64,000 bases of DNA from Eledone cirrhosa (lineage: Eukaryota). The position numbers and the translations under genes were made by a program. Shown piece by piece: positions 24,573-35,608 of this stretch (within the stretch, counting starts at the first letter, position 1; the number at the start of each line of letters is the position of its first letter). The notes beneath the pieces are model-generated. The model searched no databases. It saw only the letters and a program-made list of their open reading frames with translations, and was not told the DNA's origin. The DNA lies in the NCBI GenBank assembly GCA_964016885.1, contig OZ024740.1:286440001-286504000 (forward strand). Direction: 5' to 3'.

Positions 24573-25569
24573 ATTATTACCTCCCTTTCTATGAACATAT
24601 TATCGCCCACTTTCACATACAAAATTAAAATTTTGAAATTGCATCAATACGTATTTTTCAACGTATGCGTAAATGCATGCTTATATATCTTAATAAATAT
24701 GTTTATATTAACTTCTGAGTTCAAATCTTACCATGGTCAACATTACATTTCATACTTCTGAAACAGATAAAGTTCCAGCCAAAAACTGGTTATCGACCCC
24801 CCCCCCCCCCCCCCCCCCACACACACACACATACACCTCCACAAAACACATTTTCAGACCTTGTACTTACGTTAGAAATCAATATTATTACGAAGGTATG
24901 AGAAAATGTGTAGAGTGATATAAAAAGAACCATGCATGTACATCAAAGGAATTCCAGCCATAACTATCTCACCTTTTTTCAAAACATTGTAACTGAGACA
25001 ACGTTATCTAAATGTGTCCTTCCTTTTTCAATATGTTAGGGCGGGATTCGAGAGAAGCTTGGCTGCTATTTTTTTAGCAGGGAGAACGATCGTATGGTGG
25101 TTCTAAGCTGGCTCAATAAGATTCTCTTTGCGGCTTATAAATGGATGTATACAATCATATATACACGTGTTTTCACGTGTGTTTATGTACATGTCTAAAT
25201 ACGTATATACGCACAATATATTTGACCTTACACATGTGTGTAGATACGTGTATATTTGTGTCTACATACAAAAGAAAGGAAACGAAAGTGTGATGTGAAG
25301 TAGAAAGCGATGCTTAAAGCATTATGGGATAGAAGATGTGACATACACAGAAACAAATATTTAGAAATACTGGTATAACACCGATTTTCCCACAACTTAT
25401 GGTCTGGCACCTCATTAAGCTATGAACGAACTCTTGAATGTAGTGTAAACAGCCTGGCAAGTTGTTAATGCACATTAGGAAGTTCGCATGTGGTGTTAGA
25501 TTTAGTTTTAAACATTAAATTTACATATTATAATAGTCGAGGAATAGAGAGAATGTTTCTGACTTCATA

Positions 25570-26240
25570 ATATGTTTCTAGTGAATAATCTAGTCAGATA
25601 ATCTGGTGCAGTGCTGGATCCAAGAGAGACGAAAAGTTGGGGTTATACCTATATATAATATATTTATATATAAGTGCTTTGCCAGAGCACCATGTGCTTT
25701 AGTCATGTGGCCATTGATGAATGGCTTGTAAAAGAAGTGCAAACCATGTACAGAAATGCTGTCAGCTAAGTGAAAGTTGGCAATATGTTCAGTGAAGAAT
25801 ATAGTGCATAGGTAGGTGTACATCAGGTAGGTGGTCATTATAGTTTTCCAGGCCATAACAGAGGAATTTAAGACCAGTTGTCCACAGGAACTCTTGTATG
25901 TTGATGGCCTAGTTCATATAAACTGTTCCGTGGAAGAGCTTGAGAAAAAATTCCAGATGTGGAAACTAAATCTAATATAAAAAAAAATTCAGAGTAAATT
26001 TAGCAAGGGCCAAAGTTTAGTAAGAAGGAAAGAAAACAAAACCTTGTTGCCATTAGGGAAGTTTCAGTGCTCAATATGTAGAAAAGAAATTGGCAGGAGT
26101 ACAACATAATGTCCACAATGTAAACTAGAGGTACACAAGAGGTGTGGTGAGATTATAGACAGGCAAACAGAGAAGGTAGGTAGACTATGTAAATGGCAGA
26201 TACATAAGAATCATTACCAGCAAGAACACCAATAAAATAT
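25570..26240 (+). mobile_element. Degenerate RTE RT/PHD fragment
   Basis: Remnants of VDEWLV.., VGVHQ, AITEEFKT.CP.ELLY and CSICRK...CPQC..VHKRC. Confidence 0.75.
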
Positions 26241-26283
26241 ACTCTTACAAGAGGCTATTATCATCAACCAGAAATAGCAGAAT

Positions 26284-26470
26284 GGATTGCCAGTATCGGT
26301 AGAGGGTTGGATGCCATGCTTTGCAGCATAGAGTTACGATCCTTTACAGTCTGAGTTCAAATCCCGCCGAGGTTAACTTTGCCTTTCATCCTTACGGGGT
26401 CGATAAAATAAAGTACCAGTGACGTACTGGGATAATTGCTGGCCTTGTGCCAAAAGTAGAAACAATTATC
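26284..26470 (+). mobile_element. tRNA-derived SINE
   Basis: Same family; A and B boxes and tail present. Confidence 0.88.
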
Positions 26471-26782
26471 ATCAACAAGAAAAAGCTACAAATGAATGAT
26501 AGATTGGAAATGCACGAAGTGGATTGGCTCCTATAATGGCTCCATGTCTATATAGACATATAGACCAGTTAGGGAAGATCACATTGATTGTTCATTTTTG
26601 TTTTGAACCATTTTTGTTTTACATTTGAAAAGTGGATAAAAGCCCTGAAATATGTTGAAATATACTGGATAAAACATTACTTTGTTTCGTTTTATTTTTC
26701 ATCCTCTGCCCTTTATATATTTCTACCACATTGTACCGGCTTTGTTAAACTTATCAATCATTTATTATACACACACACATTA

Positions 26783-26866
26783 TCTATACATATATATAAA
26801 ACTGTAGTTGTCTGTGTGTGTGTGTGTGAGTCCTCATTTTTGCAAAGTCTATACAAATCCACATTT
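26783..26866 (+). mobile_element. 5' end fragment of the non-autonomous Helitron family at 43234-44210
   Basis: A|TCTATACATATATATAAAACTG...GTCCTCATTTTTGCAAAGTCTATACAAATCCACATTT matches the reverse complement of 44121-44210. Confidence 0.8.
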
Positions 26867-26892
26867 AACGTTTTGGATGCTAGTCCTTCATC

Positions 26893-26935
26893 AGAAGAAA
26901 GAATGATAAATTAGATAGATTGAAGGGACGGGCAG

Positions 26936-26979
<44 letters not shown>

Positions 26980-27022
26980 CTGCCCGTCCCTTCAATCTAT
27001 CTAATTTATCATTCTTTCTTCT
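26893..27022. repeat. Perfect 130-bp palindrome centred on (TA)20
   Basis: 45-bp arms at 26893-26937 and 26978-27022 are exact reverse complements, and the spacer is itself self-complementary. Confidence 0.9.
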
Positions 27023-27039
27023 TTTTTTTTTTTTATGAC

Positions 27040-30000
27040 CATGCTGTAAAATGGAGGGGTAGAGAGGGCCCTTGAGTCTAGTAAGACATCCTCTCTAGTG
27101 CTGGTGGCACAAATAAAAGCACCCAGTCCATGCTGTAAAGTGGCGCTGGTGTTAGGAAGGGCATCCAACCAGTGTATCAATGCCAAAATGCTTATCGGCA
27201 TAGCAACAAATAGGAACAACAAAATATGAAGACGTCGCATCTCAGAGTTACAACACTTAATGTTGGCACTCTCAGAGGTAGATCTGCTGAAATAGCGGAG
27301 ATGCTGGAGAGAAGGCAGGTGGATGTGTGCTGCATGCAAGAGGTGAGATGGAGAGGTGCCTCTGCGAGACTAGTCGTAGGCAAACGTCTTAGCTATAAGC
27401 TATTCTGGGTAGGTAAGGATGATGGGTTAGGGGGAGTAGGCATTTTCCTGACTGAGAAATGGATCAATAAGACAATAGAGGTAGTTCGAGTTAGTAATCG
27501 AATAATTAAGCTTAGATTAGTTGTAGGTAGGAGACTACTTACAATCATCTCGGCCTATGCTCCCCAAGCAGGCCTAGGCAAAGATGAGAAAGACTGCTTT
27601 TGCAAACAACCGCAATGACAGAGGATGGAGACATCGTTATGCTAGCAGGAGACTTCAATGGTCATGTTGGACAGCTCCAGGATGGTTACACTGGGGTACA
27701 TGGTGGGCACGGTTACGGTTCAAGAAATGAAGAAGGAGTGAGACTTCTTGAATTTTGTGATGCAGGTACATTGACTATTTGCAATACAAACTTCCAGAAA
27801 CCTGCCAATCACCTAATAACCTACAAATCTGGTGAGCACATAAGCCAGATTGACTTCTTACTAGTTAGGCAGCGGGACAGGCAGATAGTGTCTAATACCA
27901 AGGCATACCCTGGGGAAGAATGTACCCCACAGCATCGGTTAGTTGTTAGTGATATCTCAGTAAGCAAGAGATGGAATGAGACATATAGGAAGGTGTGGAG
28001 AAGAAAGGTCTGGAAGCTAAAAGACCTTTCACTAAAATACAAATTTAGGAAAGCCCTTCAAGATGTAAATGACGAAAAAGAAGACGATTTAGAGACGTAT
28101 GACATAGATAATAACTGGAATTTCTTACGTGACAACTTGCTGAAGGCTACTGATGAAACTTGTGGCTGGAGCAGAGCTCCAACCAGACAGAGAGTGACCT
28201 GGTGGTGGAACAGCACAGTAGATAAGGCTATTAGAGACAAAAGACTAGCATGGAAGGCTTGGAAAAAGGGTGGGAGTAGGAAAGAATATACAGCCACTAA
28301 GAGAGAAGCTAGACATCAGGTGTACTTAGCACGCAGGGAGGCAGAGAGTAGGAGGTTTGCCAATGTTCTGCGACGGGAAGATCAGAGGCGTGCGGTGTTC
28401 CACATTGCAAGGCAGTGTGTCAATGCGAATCAGGATGTTGTTGGAGATAAATGTGTCCGGGATGATGCCGGTGTACTTAGTGTCACGAATGATCAGAAAA
28501 AGGAGGCCTGGAAATGTCATTATGAGAGACTGATGAATGTGGAGAACAAATGGGAGAGAGAGAAATTACCCTTGGTAGATCCGACAAGAGGGACCAGCTA
28601 TTGAGATTGACGAATATAGGGTCCAAGAGGCGATTAGGGAAATGAAAAATGGTAAGGCTGCCGGACCAGCGGGAATAGTTGCTGAGATGCTGAAGGCATC
28701 AGGGGACGTAGGCACTAAACTGGTTGCACGCATCATCAATTAGGCTATATATGGTGGTGTCATACCCAAAGACTGGTGCAGCAGTATTCTCATAAATTGC
28801 TACAAAGGTAAAGGGGATTCTTTGGAGAGGAGCAATTATAGGGGTATAAAACTGATAGATCAGGTTATGAAAGTGGCAGAAAGGATTTTAACACAACTAA
28901 TTAGAGAAAGGGTCAAACTAGATGAGATGCAGTTTGGTTTTGTGCCTGGGAAGAGTACAACAGATGCCCTCTTCTTGGTGAGACAATTGCAAGAGAGGTT
29001 CTTAGAGAAGAATAAGCCACTATACTTAGCCTTTGTTGACCCAGAGAAGGCCTTTGATAGGGTACCCCGATCTGTCATCTGGTGGTCCCTAAGGAAGCTA
29101 GGTGTTGAGGAATGGCTTGTGAGGACAGTGCAAACTTTGTACAGAGGTACTCTCAGTAAAGTCAGGGTAGGAATGGAGTTTAGTGAGGAATTCCAGATAC
29201 AAGTAGGAGTACATCAGGGTTCGGTCCTCAGCCTGCTCTTGTTCATTATAGTCCTCTAAGCCATAACAGAGGAGTTTAAGACTGGCTGTCCATGGGAACT
29301 TCTCTATGCTGACGATCTGGTTCTTATAGCAAAGGAGCTAGAGAATAAATTCTGGCTATGGAAACAGCAGTTGGAAGCAAGAGGACTGAGAGTGAATCTA
29401 GCTAAGACAAAAGTGTTGATGAGTAGAAAAGAGGACAAAACCCTGATTCCGTCAGGGAAATGGCCATGTTCGATATGCAGAAAAGGAACTGGCATAAATT
29501 CTATAAAATGCACACAATGCAGATCCTGGGTACACAAGAGATGTAGCGGGATAGCAGGCAAACTAACAGGTAGGGAGAAATATGTATGCAGTAGATGTAC
29601 AGGGAAATTAGATAGTAGAAGTCACATTGATAGACACATTTTTCAAATGCAGGAGGGTGCTATAGAAGTGGTGGATAGCTTCCGGTACCTAGGAGATCAG
29701 ATTAGCATGGGAGGAGGGTCTTCCGAGGCCATAGTATCTAGAATAAGGACGGGTTGGAAGAAGTTTAGGGAGCTGCTTCCTCTGTTGACGAAGAAGGGTT
29801 TCTCCCTGTGTATGAAAGGCCGGTTGTATGATGCCTGTGTGAGGAGCGCGATGCTGCATGGTAGTGAGACATGGGCAGCATCTGCAGAGGATATGCGACG
29901 GCTGGAGAGAAATGAGGCAAGCATGCTCCGTTGGATGTGCAGTGTAAATGTGCGTGAACGACCCAGCATAAATGTGTTGAGAGAGAAACTGTGTCTGAGA

Positions 30001-30295
30001 GGGATAGAATGTAGTGTATGGGAGAGGAGACTGAGATGGTATGGACATGTGATGCGCATGGAGGATGACCGATGGGTGAAGAAGTGCCAGGAATTGCCAG
30101 TTGAAGGAAGACGTGGTAGAGGTAGACCACGAAAAACATGGGCGGAGGTGGTGAGAACAGACCTCAGATCATTGAAGCTCACGGTGGAGATGACGAAGGA
30201 CCGTGACGAGTGGAGAGATGCTGTGCTGAATAAGACCCGTCCCACCCTTGCAAGCAGGGAAAAGCGGACGTAAAATGATGATGATGATGATGATA
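27040..30295 (+). mobile_element. Full-length RTE-clade LINE (APE-RT-PHD) with a few frameshifts and stops
   Basis: ORF pieces 27226-27618, 27600-28604, 28822-29259 and 29371-30273 give TLNVGT, GDFNGH, RT motifs, a C4HC3 finger and RRLRWYGHV. The stop is followed directly by a (GAT)n tail. Confidence 0.95.
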
Positions 30296-30413
30296 TATAA
30301 TAGAAGAACACTGGTGGGTTATATCTGAAGTAGCAGAGCACTCAGTCCATGGGACGCGTTTGGTAGCAGTAGTTCCACAACAGTTAGTTCACCATTATAT
30401 ATATATAAAGTGC

Positions 30414-30600
30414 AGTGGATTGGCAGTATTGGTAGAGTGTCGGACGCCATGCTTTGCGGCACAGAGTTATGGCCCTTTATGATCTGAGTTTAAATCCTGC
30501 TGAGGTTAACTTTGCCTTTCATCCTTACGGGGTTGATAAAATAAAGTACCAGTAATGTACTGGGGTAATTGCTGACCTTGTGCCAAAAGTAGAAACAATA
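30414..30600 (+). mobile_element. tRNA-derived SINE followed by (AG)n
   Basis: Same family; microsatellite at about 30613-30713. Confidence 0.85.
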
Positions 30601-30641
30601 ATATATATATAAAGAGAGAGAGAGAGAGAGAGTGAGGGAGG

Positions 30642-30715
<74 letters not shown>

Positions 30716-31004
30716 ATTGTAGTAATCAGTTTCCGTTAATTTATTGGTGAATTTGTGTAACATGAAATTGAAGACCGTGTCAACATAGTTGTTTTTCACT
30801 CAACATACGAATTACTTTTCATAGTTGTTCCTGTGGTGATCAACTGTAGGTACCATAAGTGATAATTCATGGAGTATTTATAGAGAAATCAATAAATTAC
30901 ATGTATACATCCAAATTCCATAATTAAAGGATCAACACATATATATATATATATATAATATATATATATATATATAATGTATAATAAACAATACAGTATA
31001 ATTA

Positions 31005-31072
31005 CCTCATTACCAGAGGTTTCCCGAATAAGACGACTACAAGAAACGTCTACATTCGTTCGTCAGACAAGG
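31005..31072 (-). ncRNA. Type I hammerhead ribozyme motif (slightly degenerate)
   Basis: Minus strand: CCTTGT-CTGACGA-A-CGAAT..AGACG..CGTCT..ATTCG-G-GAAA-CC TCT G-GTA|ATGAGG. Stem I has two G-U pairs; the stem II base pair is mismatched. Confidence 0.65.
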
Positions 31073-31200
31073 CAATTTAAAACATAGTGAAATATTTGAA
31101 AAATCTCCTCAAGAATTTAGCTCTGTAACTTACATAGAGCACTCTTCACTCCTATGACTTTTTCAATTTTCAATGGAAACTTCAATACTTATATATATAT

Positions 31201-32155
31201 CATCATCATCATCATTATCATCTTCGTTTAACGTCCATTTTCCACGCTAGCATTGGTTAGACGGGAGTTGTCCCACTTGAGGCAAGATTGGTCGGGTGAC
31301 CATGTCTCGCTCATATAGGACTATCTGGCAGGTTTTCTATGGCTGGATGCCCTTCCTAACACCAACCACATTTACAGTGTGGAACTGGGAACTTTTTACC
31401 GTGTTACCTACACGGCCACATTACAGCGTGGACTGTGTGTTTTTTTCTCGTGACATCTACACGATCTCGATCTCATTACCTCATTTATTTGGACTGGATG
31501 TTGTAGTACCAACTTTATAGAGAGAGGGTGGTGTTGGTGGGAGTGGGAGGATAGGGTAGGGGTAGTGGATTGGGGTGTATATTTGGTTAAGAGGTGCCTA
31601 CTGACTGTAGGTTTCGCTTTGTACATAGGTAAGGCGGGTCTTCTGTATTACTGCATAGCGCCAAAGATCTCGGTCCAGTGACATTGTCTTAGAGAGGTGC
31701 AAGTGTGTAAGGTCGGAATTTATCAGATCGTCCCAGGTTTTTCTGGATCTATCTACTCCGTATCTACCATCAATTTTGATCACCCTGCACTTTTTTATTC
31801 AGCTATCGTCTTTCATGCGCATCACGTGGCCATACCAACATAGTCTTCTCTCGAATAAACAGCATCTGATCCCTCTTATTCCTAATTTCTCACTTAGTTC
31901 ATTTATGCTTTGCCGTTCACGTATGTTACTATTACACATCCAATGGAGCATGCATGCTTCATTCCTTTCCAGTCTACGCAGGTCCTCTGCACGCAATGCC
32001 CATGTCTCACTGCCATGTAGCATTGCTGTTCGTATACAAGTATCATACAATCTGCCTTTCATTTTTAGAGAGAAACCTTTTGTGACCAACAGCGGTATAA
32101 GCTCTCTGAATTTTTTCCATCCCGTTCTGACTCTGGCTACTGTACTTTCAGAACA
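31201..32155 (-). mobile_element. 5'-truncated RTE LINE flanked by (TA)n
   Basis: CSESTVARVRTGWKKF...WYGHVMRMKDDS; same subfamily as 55398-57404; (GAT)n tail. Confidence 0.92.
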
Positions 32156-32252
32156 TATATATATATATATATATAACGAAGGAGTTTTGGTATGGCACCA
32201 GATGGACCATAACGCACCAGAGTACTCAATACTTAGGGTAGTAGAATGGGTA

Positions 32253-32368
32253 ATAGGAAAATGTATGACCCCGACGGCAGAGCTCAAGCCGTTTCAACGG
32301 CTATTTCTGGACTGAAATAGCCATCGAAATGGCTTGAGCTTTGCCGTCGGGCTCATACATTTTCCTAT
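32253..32368. repeat. Long inverted repeat (55-bp arms, 6-nt loop)
   Basis: 32253-32307 versus the reverse complement of 32314-32368: 5 differences, two of which are G-U compatible on the + strand. Confidence 0.9.
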
Positions 32369-32797
32369 ATATGTGCGTGTGTGTGTGTGGATCATCTAAA
32401 GCAAGAATAAGAAGGGTGGGGGTCAGAGAGTTTATTACTTTTGCTGGTAACAAAGGGTTTCTCTTGCAAAGTAAAGGGCTGACTGTATGATGCTTGTGTA
32501 TAAAATGCAATGCTGCATGGTAATGAGACATGGGTAATGAATGCAGAATGTTTGCAATTGCTAGTAAGAAATGAAACATGTTCTGCTTGATGTGTAATTT
32601 TAGTATATATGGACGACAGAATACAAATCAACTGAGAAAATAACTGGATATAATAGCAATTAGATGCAGTGTGCAAGAGAGAAGACTGTGTTGGTATGGT
32701 CATGGGATGCATGTGTAACAAGGGATAGCTATCATTTTCTCTCCATCATATCACCTTTCATTGACACCCACCAACCATCCATATCCAGTTTTGGTCT

Positions 32798-33070
32798 TTA
32801 GGGTGCTGCAGTTGTCCCGCACTCCGAGGTAGGCAACACCAGGCAATGTCTCACAGCTGCTCTCCATGAATTTCTGTCCATAGTATCGACATCAGCCAAG
32901 TTCCATTTATACAAATCACTCTTCACACACCCCAACCACGTCTTCCCTGGTCTGTCGCGATCTCTAGTGCCAGCGATTGCCAAGTGAATGATGGAGTTGA
33001 TGCATGACGTGGCTCGCTGTACATGTCCGTACCAACGAAGATGTTTGCAAAGGACAGAATTGATCTCAGC
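32798..33070 (-). mobile_element. 3' fragment of a different RTE family
   Basis: GTRDRDRPGKTWLGCVKSDL...DRNSWRAAVR, an RTE C-terminal G.R.RGRP.KTW motif. Confidence 0.75.
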
Positions 33071-33373
33071 TTCTGGGGGAGCACGGTAAAAGGGGTCACA
33101 TCTTTTAACAGTGGTGAATAAAGGTAAGGCCTGAATGGGCTGTAGCTAAGGGACAACAATATTTAAAGCCCCCTAAATTAAATTTTTTGCTATCATAATT
33201 AATTATACGATCCCTCCCCACCACTATCTTCTGATGAAATTTTCAGCCAGAGGCCCCATGAAAGCTTAATTGGTCCCTGCTCACCCCTCTCTCCTGCCAT
33301 TGCTTATCTGTTTTGTTATCCATTACTCACTCTCTTTTAACATCACCTATCTGTATTGCTCTCGTTCAAACTT

Positions 33374-33915
33374 CATCATCATCATCATTATCGTTTAACG
33401 TCCATCTTCCACGCTAGCATGAGTAGGACAGGCTATTTCTTTGTGAGGGATCAAGTTGGGGGATCATGATTTGCTCACACAGAACTGATTTTGGCATGGT
33501 TTCTACAGCTGAATGCCCTTCCTAATACCAAACTCATTTACAGTGTGTGCTGGGTGCTTTTTGTTGTGACACCTACACGACCACTTTACAGTGTGTATTG
33601 GGTGGTTTTTATCATGTCACCAACACGACCACATTACAGTGTGGACTGGGCACTCGCTTTTGTCATGACTTCTACATGACCACTATAGTGTGGGCTGGGT
33701 TCTTTTGTCATGGCTCCAGGGGATCACTGTATAGAGGAGGCTGAAAACTTGGGAAGATGCTTGGGGAAATTGGGGATGTAGGTATAAGGGAGGTTTATGG
33801 GAGGGGAGATGGTAGGGAATGACGTTGCCTACTAGGTATATGCCTCAACCTGAGAATAATTGAGGGCGGGTCTTCAGTAATACTTCATACCACCAGAGGT
33901 CATGGTCCTGTGTGT
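33374..33915 (-). mobile_element. RTE 3' UTR fragment with repeated ~48-bp modules
   Basis: (GAT)n tail, CATGCTAGCGTGG hairpin, GGAAGGGCATTCAGC motif and several CACTGTAAAGTGG modules. Confidence 0.8.
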
Positions 33916-33934
33916 AATAAGTACGTGAGGTGTA

Positions 33935-34270
33935 ATAAGTACTGGTCGCTCTCCGACAGGTTTGCAGTCGTGCCCTTGGCAGTGGAGACTTCTGGTGTCC
34001 TTGGCCCTAGGGCTACCTCCCTACTCACCACCATAGGTGCTGAGCTGGTGTGAGCCTCGCGAGATGGAATGGCTCTTCCAGTACATCTCCCTTACCATCC
34101 TCTGGGGAAACGCCTTCTCCATTCTGTCCGCCGGGACTGTGGGGCGGCCAGCACGTGGGACACCATTTGCTCACAATAAAAGAGAGGTGGGGAGGGTGAG
34201 AGAGATGGAGGCGATGACAGTGGGAGTTCGGCTCTTCAGTGTTCAGACACATTGTACCTGTCATGTGGAT
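33935..34270 (+). mobile_element. CRE-clade non-LTR C-terminal fragment
   Basis: SLSDRFAVVPLAVETSGVLGP...EPREMEWLFQYISLTILWGNAFSILSAG, homologous to the end of the 51.8-55.2 kb element. Confidence 0.78.
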
Positions 34271-35186
34271 CATGTGGTAATTTCATTTTACTACTGCGCA
34301 AGCTTGAATATCAAATTGTAGTAGACTAGATATCGTTAGATTGAGCAAAGTCAGCCCTTATTACCTCATCCAAAGTCTTCCTAGGCCTGCCTACTCCATG
34401 GCTATTGACACATTGACCTATCAAATCACGACAGCACAAACATGTAACTGCTAACTCAATCCCTATTGCATTCATCTCTACTACTCCTAGGACAGTTGTT
34501 TTGGGGCCTGTTTGTTCAGTATAGCATATGGATTATTAAGTTGGAGCACTCCTAAACGATGAATATGAACCCGCCAACCTTCTCTGCACATCCATGTGAT
34601 CGCTCTTCTCTATTTCAGACCAACACCAACTCACCCCTTACACCTCCAGACCAAGTCTTCATCTTCTCCCTGCCACTCCCTTCACTCTTGCATATTATTT
34701 CCTCCCTTGTTAACAAAGATCCCTCAACTAATTTTTAGCCTGAACCACACCCACACATGTAGCTGCCTATCACTGTTTCTCTTTCATTAACACCCACCCA
34801 ATCTTTCTGAACACCATCTTCACTGTTGTCATCCATCGAACATATGTTCATACATTTTCTTCTATTTACCCTCTTGGTCACATCTGCCTTGAATAAACAA
34901 AGTCAACCTAAAATAAAGATGATTTTTTAATTTTGCAAGAGACAAAGGAAATTTTCTAATGTTGGTGTTATGATGTAATGAACCAAGTACATTTTGTAAA
35001 GTCTTTGGTGTTAGGAAGGGGATCTAGCTATAGAAACCATTTGGTATGGTTTCTATAGCTAGATCCCCTGTATGAGTAAGACATAGGGCTTGGTCCATCT
35101 AAGAGAACAGTAACTCTGAACAGGAGTTACTCAGACCATAACAATTTATCTAATCCAAGGCAGCATGGAAAAACGAATGTAAAATT

Positions 35187-35217
35187 ATGATGATGATAAC
35201 AACGATGATGATGTTGT

Positions 35218-35308
<91 letters not shown>

Positions 35309-35343
35309 AGTGGTGGTGGTAGTGGTGGTGGTGGTGGTGATGG

Positions 35344-35375
<32 letters not shown>

Positions 35376-35385
35376 GTGATGATGT
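35187..35385. repeat. Compound (GAT)n/(GGT)n microsatellite
   Basis: Directly visible; produces the spurious poly-M, poly-V and poly-I ORFs. Confidence 0.95.
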
Positions 35386-35557
35386 TTTCCAAACTCTGTG
35401 AAGAAAGTGTTAAAATAATTTGTGAACCTTCCATGCTTTTATGTAGGATGTAATTAATTTTTAAATTGAATTATGCATTTTATTTTGTAAATTCTGTTTA
35501 TAAGATTGATTTCAGGAACAATACAATTTTTGCATACATCCAAGTCTTGTTGTTGTG

Positions 35558-35608
<51 letters not shown>

